Assembly (NCBI GenBank): GCA_951406725.2
Contig: OX597815.1
Span: 16,120,001-16,184,000, forward strand
From: Octopus vulgaris
Lineage: Eukaryota
DNA length: 64,000 nucleotides
Reading direction: 5' to 3'
The notes below the pieces were generated by a model. It was not told where the DNA came from, searched no databases, and saw only the letters and a list, made by a program, of their open reading frames with translations. Below are positions 1 to 12,857 of the stretch, one piece after another. Position 1 is the first letter of the stretch. Every line of letters begins with the position of its first letter. Both the position numbers and the translations under genes were made by a program.

Positions 1-312
1 GAAAAAATTCCTCATCCACCTTATTCTCCTGACCTTGCTCCTTCAGACTACCATTTGTTTCGTAGTTTATAGAATCATTTGGGGGACATAAATTTGCAAG
101 CCAGGAGGAGTTTGAAACTGACATTTCAGAGTTCTTCGCTTTGAAATCAAAAGAGTTTCACATTGATGGGAGTAAAAAGCTTGTAAATAGATGGAAGGAA
201 GCCATAGATAATCAGGGAAAGTACATTGATAATTAAATTTCAATTAAATATAACATTTGATCAGTTGTTTTCTTTATTCAAAATTTGGACAGAACTTATG
301 GGATGACCTGAT
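1..312 (+). mobile_element. Mariner transposon 3' remnant (dead transposase C-terminus plus right TIR)
   Basis: Frame 1 reads EKIPHPPYSPDLAPSDYHLFRSL* (mariner YSPDLAPSD motif), later ...RWKEAIDNQGKYIDN*; contains a stop and frameshift; ends ...gaacttatgggatgacctga followed by TA, like a mariner TIR. Confidence 0.9.
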
Positions 313-1044
313 ATATGCTTTCATTCTTTTACTTGTTTCAGTCATTTGACTGTGGCCATACTGGGACATTGCCTTTAGCCAAACAAATCGACCCCTGAAC
401 TTATTGGGGGGACAGACACACATAAATATATACCTATATATGTATGTATATATATATATATATATATATAACATATGGTATAATTATTAACAGGGCAAAT
501 TTTAGTCATTTCTCTGCAGACTGAAAAATGCTGCACAACCTTAATTGAGTTTTGGACTTTATTGGGTTTTCATCTAAGGTGTCCACATCATTTTGATAAT
601 CTCCAGAGAAACAAGCAACCAAACTGTTTATATACTGAACAATGCAGCAACATATAGATGTAGGAGTGGTTATGTGGTAAGAAGCTTGCTTCCCAACCAA
701 ATGGTGCCAGGTTCAGTTCCACTGCGTGGCCCCTTGGGGAATTGTCTTCTGCTGTAGCCTTAGGCCAACCAAAGCCTTACAAGTGAATTTGGTAGATGGA
801 AACTGAAAGAAGCCTGTCATATATATAGGTATATATTTGTGTGTCCGTCCCCCCAATAAGTTCTGGGGTCAATTTGTTCGGCTAAAAGCAAACACACACA
901 CACACACATAGATATACATATATATAATTGAGATTCAGTTGAATTAGGTACTTAAGTTGAAGCACCAACTCACTCTGGTCATATCCAAACAGCTCAAAGT
1001 AAAGTAAATAAAATCAAAATTAGGAACAGGATATCAGGTAGTGA

Positions 1045-1130
1045 TGCAGTATGAACATTTCAAGCAGTTTCATTTAATTGAACAATGCAATCATTACATC
1101 AATTTAAGTGTAGTGCCATCTTCAGCTGCA
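1045..1130 (-). ncRNA. Hammerhead-ribozyme-like motif (type I) within an inverted-repeat cassette (arms 1029-1086 / 1287-1344)
   Basis: Minus strand: UGCAG-CUGAAGA-uGGCA...UGCUu-GAAA-UG-uu-CAUA-CUGCA; 5-bp stem I, conserved core, weak stem II. Confidence 0.45.
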
Positions 1131-1364
1131 CAAACAAATAGATAGAATTTTAACCAGTAGGAGACACTAATATAATTTTCTCAAATGTTTTAACAGAACA
1201 AGAAGATGGAGGAAATTGACCTCGCTATTGTAGCTAAGAATAAACTACACTTCCAAGAATTGCATTAACCCTATTGGGGCCATAATATTGTTCAATTAAA
1301 TGGAGCTGATTGAAACGGTTGTACTGCATCACTACTTGATATCCAGATGCTTATTATGATTATA

Positions 1365-1520
1365 CATACATAAATAGATATATGCATCTGTATATATATA
1401 TGTGTATATGCATATATGTATATGCATATATGTATATACATGTGTATATATATATGTATATATATATATGTGCATATAAAGGTACGCATATACATGTGTA
1501 TATATGTATATACATATGTG

Positions 1521-1553
<33 letters not shown>

Positions 1554-2319
1554 ATATGTGTATATGCATATATCATCATCATCATCGTTTAACGTCCGTT
1601 CTCCATGCTAGCATGGGTTGGACGGTTCGACCGGGGATCTGGGAAGCCAGAAGGCTGCACCAGGCTCCAGTCTTATCTGGCAATGTTTCTACAGCTGGAT
1701 GCCCTTCCTAACGCCAACCACTCCGTGAGTGTAGTGGGTGTTTTTTACGTGCCACCTGTATATGCATATATGTATATACATGTGTATATATATATGTATA
1801 TATATATATATGTGCATATAAAGGTACGCATATACATGTGTATATATGTATATACATATGTGTATATATATATATATATATACATATGTGTATATATATA
1901 TATATGTGTGTGTATATATGTATATACATATGTTTATATATGTATATACATATGTTTATATATGTATATACATATGTTTATATATGTATATACATGTGTG
2001 TATATATATGTATATACATATGTGTATATATATGTATATATATGTATATACATATGTGTGTATATATATGTATATACATATGTGTGTATATATATGTATA
2101 TACATATGTGTGTATATATATATATATACATATGTGTGTATATATATATGTATATACATATGTGTGTATATATATATGTATATACATATATGTGTATATA
2201 TTTATGTATATTAATATGTATGTATATATTTATGTAAATACATATGTGTAAATATATGTGCGTATATATATATGTATATACATATGTGTATATATATATA
2301 CATGTGTATTTGTATATAC

Positions 2320-2350
<31 letters not shown>

Positions 2351-2370
2351 CATGTGTATTTATATATACA

Positions 2371-2410
<40 letters not shown>

Positions 2411-2428
2411 CATGTGTATATACATATG

Positions 2429-2476
<48 letters not shown>
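1365..2476. repeat. (TA)n/(TATG)n/(CATA)n microsatellite field interrupted by a GAT-tailed repeat
   Basis: Direct inspection; source of the many YI/MY-rich spurious ORFs. Confidence 0.95.
1572..1757 (-). mobile_element. (GAT)n-tailed retroposon copy (RTE 3'-UTR-derived repeat); family present at >20 sites
   Basis: Consensus ...gtggcacgtaaaaagcacccactacactc..gttggcgttaggaagggcatccagctgtagaaac..ccaacccatgctagcatgg..cggacgttaaacg(atg)n. Other copies approx. 2663-2986(+), 7213-7640(+), 8555-9265(-), 9938-10117(+), 11818-12003(-), 13126-13608(-), 23823-23912(-), 25229-25500(-), 32173-32575(-), 33153-33440(-), 34515-34690(+), 35920-36163(+), 40904-41232(-), 41313-41493(+), 42240-42523(+), 42995-43338(+), 45263-45572(-), 47143-47450(-), 53524-53850(-), 55348-55713(+), 61603-62030(-). 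Confidence 0.85.
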
Positions 2477-2481
<5 letters not shown>

Positions 2482-2999
2482 CCAACCCATGCTAGCATGG
2501 AAAGCGGACGTTAAATGATGATGATGATGTATATACATATGTGTATATATATGTATATATATATGTATATATATATGTGTATATACATATGTGTATATAT
2601 ATGTATATACATATGTGTATGTGCATATATATGTGTGTATATATATATCTATATATACATCCTACTGGCACTTGTGCCGGTGACACGTGAAAGCATTTGA
2701 GCGAAGTTGTTGCCAGTGCCGCTGGACTTGCTCCTGTGCAGGTGGCATGTAAAAAAACACCATTTGAGTGTGACCGTTGCCGGTACCACCTGATTGGTCC
2801 TTGTGCCGGTGGCACGTAAAAGCACCCACCACACTATTGGAGTGGTTGGCGTTAGGAATGGCATCCAGCTGTAGAAACTGCCAGATCATGATTGGCGCCT
2901 TGTGCGACCATCTGGTTCGCCAGTCTTCAGTCAAATTGCCCAACCCATGCTAGTATGGAACGCGGATGTTAAATGATGATGATGATCTGTAATTCTAAG

Positions 3000-3340
3000 A
3001 AGCAACTCTATGAAGATCATCTCAATGCAACATATCAGCTACTACGAAAGACTGAAAGTTTTAAAACTCTTCTCCCTGGAGCGAAACCGGGAGAGATATG
3101 CAGTGATATACATCTGGAAAATCCTGGAGGACCTTGACCAAATTTTGGCATTAAAAGTTACCGCAACAGCAGAACGGGACGCCACTGCATCGTGCCAAAT
3201 ATCCTAATATCACCATCAAAATACAGGACCAGATACTGAACAGCTTAGGTTTCAGGGGACCACAGCTCTTCAATATCCTTCTTAAATACCTGAGAGACCT
3301 GCATGGTGTGGATGTGGGTTTCTTTAAAACTAAACTCGAT
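3000..3340 (+). mobile_element. LINE ORF2 3'-end fragment (CR1/L2/Jockey-group)
   Basis: [31 protein letters not shown] resembles the post-RT C-terminus of CR1-like ORF2; related inverted fragment at ~8095-8257. Confidence 0.75.
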
Positions 3341-3361
3341 ACACACACACACACATATATA

Positions 3362-3505
3362 TATTAGGTTGTCCCAAAAGTTTGTAAACACTTGTGAAAA
3401 TTGAATTTTTACTCGCCAAGTACTAACAAAAACAACAAAAATTATTCCTCAAAATAAAGACCATTATTTTCCAAGACTTTCTACGAACTTTTGGGACAAC
3501 CTTAT
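3362..3505. mobile_element. Tc1/mariner-type MITE
   Basis: TIRs aggttgtcccaaaagtttgta / tacgaacttttgggacaacct, flanked by TA, ~145 bp, no coding capacity. Confidence 0.8.
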
Positions 3506-3509
3506 ATAT

Positions 3510-5305
3510 TCCTGGGAATGACATGATGTGAACAAGGACAGGTGAAGTCCCTTCTGAACTTCATCAACGCTTTGTACATGGAGCACATAGTACTCCAAGC
3601 AACCAGGGCAGGTAACATACTGGATCTCTGCTTCACAAATAATATGGATCTCATCCATAATGTGAAAGTGACACTGACGCTACTCTCGGATCACAACATT
3701 GTAGAGCTGACTATGTACGGGCCAAAGGAAAGCATGGACATGCAGCCTACAAGAAACTCTCAGAATCTTTCCAGCTTGAACTTCCATAAGGCAAACTGGA
3801 AACAAATTGAGAAAGAGATCCTCAAACAAAACTGGCCTAAATGTTTCTCTTTTGAAACTTCAACAGTTCATGTCTGTAATGCAAGCCATATGCTACAAAT
3901 GTGTCCCAGAGAGAAAGGCCACTGTACACAAGAACAAAATCCCCAGGGAGAGGAAAATTCTTATGAGACGGCGTACAAAAGTTTCAAATCGCCTAAACAA
4001 ACAAATTGAAAGCATTGAAAAGTCCCGCCTGAAAATACAACTGCTGGAAATTGAAAAATTCTGCAACTCTCCTATGAAAAAGAAAGAGCAGACAAAGAAG
4101 CCTGGGCTATAGACAATATAAAATCTAACCTCAGAGCTTTCTACAAGTTTGCCAAAGAAACAGCTTCGGTGCACTGCAGGATAGGGCCACCCCTCGAAAA
4201 AGATGGTACACTCACAGGAAATCCAGTGAGGATAAAGTGAAATACTAAATAAGCAATTCAAAAGTATTTTCGCTCCACCCCTAGAGCACTTTCAAGTCAG
4301 CAATCCAACTGACTTCTTTACCACTGCAGATATAAAAGCAGAGGCAATGATGATTGATTACATCAATATAAAGGAAGACGATGTAATAAGGGCTATAAAT
4401 GAAATGAACCCAAACTCAGCTACTGGCTCTGATGGATTCCCAGTAATCCTTCTAAAAGTATGTGAGTCCTAGCAAGACCACTGCAGTTCCTCTTTCAGAG
4501 CTTCCTTGCAACTGGCAAACTTCCAAGAAAACTGAAGGAAGGTAAAATATGCCCCATTCATAAAGGAGGTAGCAAACTAAAGAAAACTAATCACCTTCCT
4601 TGAAGAAAATGACTTGCTGCCTGACACCCAATATGGTTTCCGATTAGGAAGAAGCTGCCTAACTCAGCTCTTACAACACTATGACTGGGTGCTGAAACAG
4701 CTGCTCAACCACTCAAATGTGGAAGTGATATATCTCGACTTTGCAAAGGCCTTTGATAAAGTCGATCATGGAATGATATGTCACAAACTGCGTGATCTCG
4801 GCATAGTTGGAAAATTGGGAGAATGGCTTCATGACTTTCTGAAGGATAGAAGTCAGGTAGTAGTAGCCAATGGGGCCACCTCCAATGACCTGCAAATAGT
4901 GAGCGGTGTTCCGCAAGGCACTGTTTTGGGACCACTACTGTTCATAATGGCCCTCTCGGACATGCTCTCAGCCACGCAGAGAGTCACAATCACAAGTTAT
5001 GCAGATGATACAAAAGTCTCACAGGTAATACAGAACCCTGAAGACACTATGCACCTGCAATGTGAGCTGGATGAAATATACAAGTGGGCTGAAAAGAATA
5101 GCATGCAGTTCAATGCTGAAAAGTTTCAAGCTTTGTGTTATCAGCATGCAAAACTAAATGCAATACCCAATAAATACACGGGACCTGGAGGGATTGCAAT
5201 CCCAGAGGCACAGTCAGTTGAGAGCTGGGCATTTACATAAGTAATGATGCAACCTTTCATGTGCATGTTGCTAAATTGTCAATGAAATATAGGCGGCTGA
5301 CCGGA
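3510..5305 (+). mobile_element. Degenerate non-LTR retrotransposon ORF2 (APE endonuclease end plus reverse transcriptase), CR1/Jockey group
   Basis: TRAGNILDLCFTN..SDHNIV (APE C-terminus); QYGFRLGRSCLTQLL, YLDFAKAFDKVDH, SGVPQGTVLGPLLF, SYADDTK (RT motifs); multiple frameshifts and stops. Confidence 0.93.
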
Positions 5306-5310
5306 TGGTC

Positions 5311-5852
5311 ATATATATATATATGTATGTATGTTTATGTATGTATGTATGTATATGTATGTATGTATGTATATGTATGTATGTATGTATGTATATGTAT
5401 GTATGTATGTATATATGTATATATATGTATGTATGTATATATGTATGTATGTATATATGTATGTATATATATATGTATGTATGTATATATATATGTATGT
5501 ATATATATATGTATGTATACATATATGTATGTATACATATATGTATGTATATATATATGTATGTATACATATATGTATGTATACATATATGTATGTATAT
5601 ATATATGTATGTATACATATATGTATGTATATATATATGTATGTATACATATATGTATGTATATATATATGTATGTATACATATATGTATGTATATATAT
5701 ATGTATGTATACATATATGTATGTATATATATATGTATGTATATATATATATGTATGTATACATATATGTATGTATATATATATGTATGTATATATATAT
5801 GTATGTATGTATATATATATGTATGTATGTATATATGTATATGTATGTATGT

Positions 5853-5883
<31 letters not shown>

Positions 5884-6098
5884 TGTATATATGTATATGT
5901 ATGTATATATGTATATGTATGTATATATGTATATATACGTATATATGAATATATATGTATGTATATATGTATATGTATGTATATATATGTATGTATGTAT
6001 ATATATGTATGTATGTATATATGTATATATGTATATATATATGTATGTATATATGTATATATATGTATATATATATATATGTATGTATATATGTATAT

Positions 6099-6129
<31 letters not shown>

Positions 6130-6680
6130 TATATGTATGTATATATGTATATGTATATATGTATGTATATATGTATATATATATATGTATGTATATATGT
6201 ATGTATATATATATATGTATGTATATATGTATATATATATATGTATGTATATATGTATATATATATATATGTATGTATATATGTATGTATATATGTATAT
6301 ATGTATGTATATATGTATATATGTATATATATGTATATATGTATATATATGTATGTATGTATATATATGTATGTATGTATGTATATATATGTATGTATGT
6401 ATATATATGTATGTATGTATATATGTATATATATGTATGTATGTATGTATGTATATATATGTATGTATGTATGTATATATATGTATGTATGTATATATAT
6501 ATGTATGTATGTATGTATATATATGTATGTATGTATATATGTATATATATGTATGTATGTATATATGTATATATATGTATGTATGTATATATGTATATAT
6601 ATGTATGTATGTATATATGTATATATATGTATGTATATATGTACACACACATATATATATATATGTATGTATATATGTAT
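5311..6680. repeat. ~1.4 kb (TATG)/(TA) compound microsatellite
   Basis: Direct inspection; explains the 440-490 aa ORFs. Confidence 0.97.
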
Positions 6681-6797
6681 AAATAAACAAATGGAGTTTA
6701 ACGCAGGTATAAATCAAATACTTTTTATTCCAACATGTGTTTCGAAGATTTCACTGATATTATTTTGCTAAAATGTCTGATTGACGAGTTTATTTTT

Positions 6798-6892
6798 TTC
6801 ACTTCCCTGAAGAGAAGATTGCATTGTTTTGTACCATATATTCTGTTGAATAATATCATTGAAATCTTCGAAACATGTGTTGAAAGTAGAAG
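6798..6892 (+). ncRNA. Hammerhead-ribozyme-like motif within an inverted-repeat cassette (arms ~6678-6764 / 6849-6935)
   Basis: acttcc-CTGAAGA-gaagatt...aatcttc-GAAAC-atgt-GTT-gaaagt: intact core, perfect 7-bp stem II, short stem III, stem I with one mismatch. Confidence 0.6.
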
Positions 6893-7639
6893 TATTTGAT
6901 TTGTACTTGCGTTAGACTCCATTTATTTATTTATATATGATACAAAAAATTCCACGTAAACACGAGATTTCTACCTTTAAAAGCAAGGAGTTACAACCTC
7001 TTTACTTGTGTGATTTTTTGCTACCCTGGTAACTATTTATTTATTTTTTCCATGTTAATTGTTAACAAGGCAAAAATACACTCATCCATTTATATGTATA
7101 TGTATGTATCTATGTATATATATATATATATATGTATATATATACATATGTATATATCTATATATATATGTAATATGTATATATATATATTTATAAAAAT
7201 ATGTATATATATTGAGGATCAGAATCGAAATCGATCAATGGAAATTGCAGATGTGTTACCAGTGCCGGTGGCATGTAAGAGAACCTTCCGTTTCGCGACC
7301 GTTGCCAGCGCCGCCCCGACTGGCCTCGTGCCGGTGGCACATAAAAAGCACCATCCGTTTGTGTCCGTTGCCAACCTCGCCTGGCCCTCGTGCCGGTGGC
7401 ACATAAAAAGCACCATCCGTTCGTGGCTGTTTGCCAGCTCTGTCTGGCACCTGTGCGGGTGGCACGTAAAAAGCACCCACTACACTCACGGAGTGGTTGG
7501 CGTTAGGAAGGGCATCCGGCCGTAGAAACACTGCCAGATTTGACTGGGCCCGATGAAGCCTTCTGGCTTCACAGACCCCAGTAGAACCGTCCAACCCATG
7601 CTAGCATGGAAAACGGATGCTAAACGATGATGATGATGA

Positions 7640-8530
<891 letters not shown>

Positions 8531-8770
8531 ATGTATATATATAGAGAGAGAGATATCATCGTTTAATGTCCGTTTTCTGCGCTAGCATTGGTTGGACGGT
8601 TTAACCAGGGTCTGGGAAGCCAGGGGCTGCACCAGGCTCCAGTCCCATCTGGCTGTGTTTCTACAGCTGGATGCCCTTCTTAACGCCAACCACTCTGCGA
8701 GTGTAGTGGGTGCTTTTTACGTGCCACCGGCATAGGTAGAAGGGGAGTCTGGCATCGGCCACGTTCGGAT

Positions 8771-9265
8771 GGTGCTTTTTATGTGCCACCGGCACAGAAG
8801 CCAGTGGAGGCAGCGCTGGCATCGGCCACGTTCGGATTGTGCTTTTTATGTGCCACCAGCACAGAAGCCAGTCGAGGCAGCGCTGGCATCGGCCACGTTC
8901 GGATGGTGCTTTTTATGTGCCACCGGCACAGAAGCCAGTCGAGGCAGCGCTGGCATCGGCCACGTTCGGATGGTGCTTTTTATGTGCCACCGGCACAGAA
9001 GCCAGTCGAGGCAGCGCTGGCATCGGCCACGTTTGGATGGTGCTTATTATGTGCCACCGGCACAGAAGCCAGTCGAGGCAGCGCTGGCATTGGCCACGTT
9101 CGGATGGTGCTTTTTATGTGCCACCGGCACAGAAGCCAGTCGAGGCAGCGTTGGCATTGGCCACGTTCGGAAGGTGCTTTTTATGTTCCACCGGCACAGA
9201 AGCCAGTCGAGGCAGCGCTGGCATTGGCCACGTTCGGAAGGTGCTTTTTATGTTCCACCGGCACG
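8771..9265. repeat. Tandem array of seven-plus 67-bp units inside a GAT-tailed repeat copy
   Basis: Unit ggtgctttttatgtgccaccggcacagaagccagtcgaggcagcgctggcatcggccacgttcggat starts at 8771, 8838, 8905, 8972, 9039, 9106, 9173, 9240. Confidence 0.95.
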
Positions 9266-9444
9266 GATATATATATAATACAAATAAGAAAATGGAGGAA
9301 CAAATTCATTTCGATCATCAACTTACGGATATTCCAATTTTATATTATTTATTAATTTTACAATTAGGAACATGAAAATCAAACAAAACAATATACATCA
9401 ATATGCAAATTAATAATACAATAAAAATAATACAAATAAACTGC

Positions 9445-9576
9445 TCCTCACAGCTGTTTCAGCCTATGGTCAAAATGCAATCTACCTTAAATTGCTCATA
9501 TATGCCATTATAGTATAGTCTTAGGCATTAAAGATTATATTTGTCTGTTTAAATAAACAAAGGCCTCGTCAGAGGA
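9445..9576 (-). ncRNA. Hammerhead-ribozyme-like motif in a Penelope-like pLTR-type segment (~9270-9630)
   Basis: Minus strand: UCCU-CUGACGA-GGCCU...AGGCU-GAAAC-agcu-GUG-AGGA; palindromic stem III ACAGCUGU; cleavage triplet is non-canonical GUG. Confidence 0.55.
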
Positions 9577-9639
9577 TATACATAACTACAAAGTTATAAT
9601 AATAAAAATAATAATATTGATATATAAAAATCGTGTAAG

Positions 9640-9785
9640 CATGCCCTGGCAAAACCCCTGAAGATTCTCTTCCAGAACTTTCTTACAAATGGCAAACTGC
9701 CAAGCAAGCTGAAGGAGGGAATAATATGCCCAATACATAAAGGAGGAAGTAGAGCAGATGCCAAAAACTATAGGCCTATCTCTCT
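9640..9785 (+). mobile_element. LINE ORF2 fragment, same family as 3510-5305
   Basis: Encodes ..KLKEGIICPIHKGGSRADAKNYRPISL; similar to ~4470-4575. Confidence 0.8.
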
Positions 9786-10279
9786 ATAAGGACACAGGAA
9801 ATGTGTCAAAGCCAACAGGAAGCGTTGATGCTTCCTAGGCCTAAATAGCGGTGGTGTGATTCCCTTTACGGGACTGTCACGTTAAGTTTACAGTATACAA
9901 CCGCTCTCTCTCTCTCTATGTGTGCGTGTGTGTGTGCAGGTGGCACGTAAAAAGCACCCACTACATTCACGGAGTGGTTGGCGTTAGGAAGGGCATCCAG
10001 CTGTAGAAACATTGCCAGATAAGACTGGAGCCTGGTGCAGCCTTCTGGCTTCCCAGATCCCCGGTCGAACCGTCCAACCCATGCTAGCATGGAGAACGGA
10101 CGTTAAACGATGATGATATATTGGAAGGTTTGGAGATGATGTACAGGTATTATATATTAGAAGAAATGAGGTAATCAGAAGATCGGATGGTTCATATTTA
10201 TAGATATTTATTTATATATTACATTTTTTACATATATATATTATATCATTCAGATCATTAGCGCTTTCTCCCATTCTAA

Positions 10280-10312
<33 letters not shown>

Positions 10313-12013
10313 AAGATAAAGTGTGTGGGCAAACAAAAATATGAGATACTGCCTAGTGTTTTTTTTTTTTTTTTTTGATAAACCTGGTACTTATTCTATC
10401 AGTTTGTACTTGTGAAACCAGTAAGTTATGGGGATGTAAATAAATGAACAGCAGTTGTGAAACAGTGATGAGGGAGAAACACATAGACTTACATATATAC
10501 ATACATATATATACGATTGATTTCTTTCAGTTTCTGTCTACAAAATCCACTGACAATGCTTTGGTTGGTCTGAGGCTATAGCAGAAGACACATGCCAAGT
10601 CACCACACAGTGGGACTGAACCCAGGACCATGTGTTTTGGAACGAAGTTTGTTACCACACAGCCACACCTGCACCTATGTATGTGTATGTGTATATGGGT
10701 ATGCATGTATTTATGTGTACATATTACATGTACATCTATATATATATATATATATATATATACATCTACACTTATACATATATACATACACATGTAAATT
10801 TAAAATAATAAGGGTGAAAAATTGAATATTAATATCAATGGTGTAGCATATTGAAAAGTCTGAAGTTTCAGAAAAAATTATATTACATACATATAAGAGG
10901 GATGTTCACTTTCAGTTCATATCACTTACATTATAGTTTCACTATTAAAGTGAAAGCATTTGACATTACAATAGAGAGATGTTTTTGTTTCACTTTTGAC
11001 ACGTAATACTGAAATAGTGGAGAAGATATGATATTGCTGTGGGCTCATCCTAGGCAAGAAGTTAAAAATTTTTTTGCCCATGACACTATATGGACCCTAA
11101 GTAAGGCATGTGTAAAATTTGAATGAAATTGGTTGTGTAGTTCTCAAGTTTTAGGGATTCACACAGACAGACACACATTCTCAGTTTTATATATTTTTAA
11201 ATAGAGATGATGTATACATATTTACACACACACACATATAATATACACGTATACCTATATAAGGCTGAAAAGTAGTAAATGAGTACAATATATAATACGT
11301 TTTATATATATAGTTAAATAATATAATATTTATAGATATATACATATTCTATTCATTTATTTGTTTCAGTCACGTGATTGTGGCCTTATTGGAGCCGTGT
11401 CTTTTTTAGTCGAAGAAGTTTTCCTTTGTAAACCCTGTAATTATTCTATCGGTCTTTGTTGCCGAACCACCAAGTTATGGGGACATAAACACACCAACAT
11501 CAGCTGTCAAGTGATGATGGGGCAGTGGCAACAAAGATACACACACTCACACACACATATACGGCAGGCTTTCTTCAGTTTCTGTCAACCAAATCCACTC
11601 ACAAGTATTTGGTCTGCCTGAGGCTATAGTAGAAGACACTTTCCCAAGGTGCCTCACAGTGGAACTGAAACCAGAACCGTCTGGTTGGTAAACAAGCTGT
11701 TTACCACAGAGTCACTCCTGCACCTGTATATACAATATAATATATATATAACATAATATACAATATAGTATATATATGTATAATATATATATAAAATATA
11801 CATATAAATATATATATATCATCATCATCGTTTAGCGTCCACTTTCCATGCTAGCATGGGTTGGACGGTTTAACTGGGGTCTGGGAAGCCAGAAGGCTGC
11901 ACCAGGCCCAGTCTGATCTGGCAATGTTTCTACGGCTGGATGCCCTTCCTAATGCCAACCACTCTGTGAGTGTAGTGGGTGCTTTTTACGTGCCACTGGC
12001 ACAGGTATATATA

Positions 12014-12395
12014 TAGGCGCAAGAGTGGCTGTGTGGTAAGTAGCTTGTCTACCAACCACATCATTCCGGGTTCAGTCCCACTGCGTGGAACCTTGGGCAA
12101 GTGTCTTCTACTATAGCCTCGGGCCGACCAAAGCCTTGTGAGTGGATTTGGTAGACGGAAACTGAAAGAAGTCCGTCGTATATATGTATATATATATATG
12201 TGCGTGTGTGTGTTTGTGTGTCTGTGTTTGTCCCCTAGCATTGCTTGACAACCGATGCTGGTGTGTTTACGTCCCCGTTACTTAGCGGTTCGGCAAAAGA
12301 GACCGATAGAATAAGTCCCGGGGTCGAGTTGCTCGATTAAAGGCGGTGCTCCAGCATGGCCGCAGTCAAATGACTGAAACAAGTAAAAGAGTAAA
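12014..12395 (+). mobile_element. tRNA-derived CORE-type SINE (representative copy)
   Basis: A-box tggctgtgtgg, B-box ggttcagtcc, CORE-like ccttgggcaagtg, internal (TA)n(TG)n, tail gactgaaacaagtaaaag. Other copies approx. 658-820(+), 10370-10675(-), 11355-11722(-), 24065-24470(+), 26670-27077(-), 30283-30654(-), 55976-56385(+), 58958-59085 plus 60803-61030(+), 59464-59782(+), 63893-64000(+). Confidence 0.88.
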
Positions 12396-12456
12396 GAGAG
12401 TATAGATTGTTAGCCACTACACACATTTTTTTCTCTCCTTGTTTCTTTCTGTGTCC

Positions 12457-12495
12457 CTTTCTGTAGAAGAGGGTAGGCTCGAAACGTAAAAGACT
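12457..12495 (+). ncRNA. Minimal hammerhead-like motif with variant core, in a pLTR-like segment (~12400-12583)
   Basis: cttt-CTGTAGA-a-gag-ggtagg-ctc-GAAACGTA-aaag; palindromic ACGU stem III, GUA triplet; core CUGUAGA deviates from CUGANGA. Confidence 0.45.
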
Positions 12496-12579
12496 TTTTC
12501 TATTCCTGAGTGTTATACTAATACATCTGTTTGTTTTGTACACCACCTGTCTTCGTCTTTTGTTTATTTCGTAAACACT

Positions 12580-12617
<38 letters not shown>

Positions 12618-12662
12618 ATATATGTATATAATATATATATATATATATATGTGTATATATGT

Positions 12663-12693
<31 letters not shown>

Positions 12694-12738
12694 GTATATA
12701 TGTATATAATATATATATATATATATATGGTATATATG

Positions 12739-12784
<46 letters not shown>

Positions 12785-12819
12785 ATAATATATATATATA
12801 TATATTGTGTGTGTATATG

Positions 12820-12857
<38 letters not shown>

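Noticed and set aside
5261-6771. 440-490 aa ORFs on both strands (and similar ones at 1.3-2.7, 7.6-8.4, 12.5-13.0 and 63.0-63.5 kb)
   Set aside because: Translations of (TA)/(TATG)/(TG) microsatellites, which lack stop codons
8771-9265. CRISPR-like regular array
   Set aside because: Whole units repeat with no unique spacers; eukaryotic context; no cas genes
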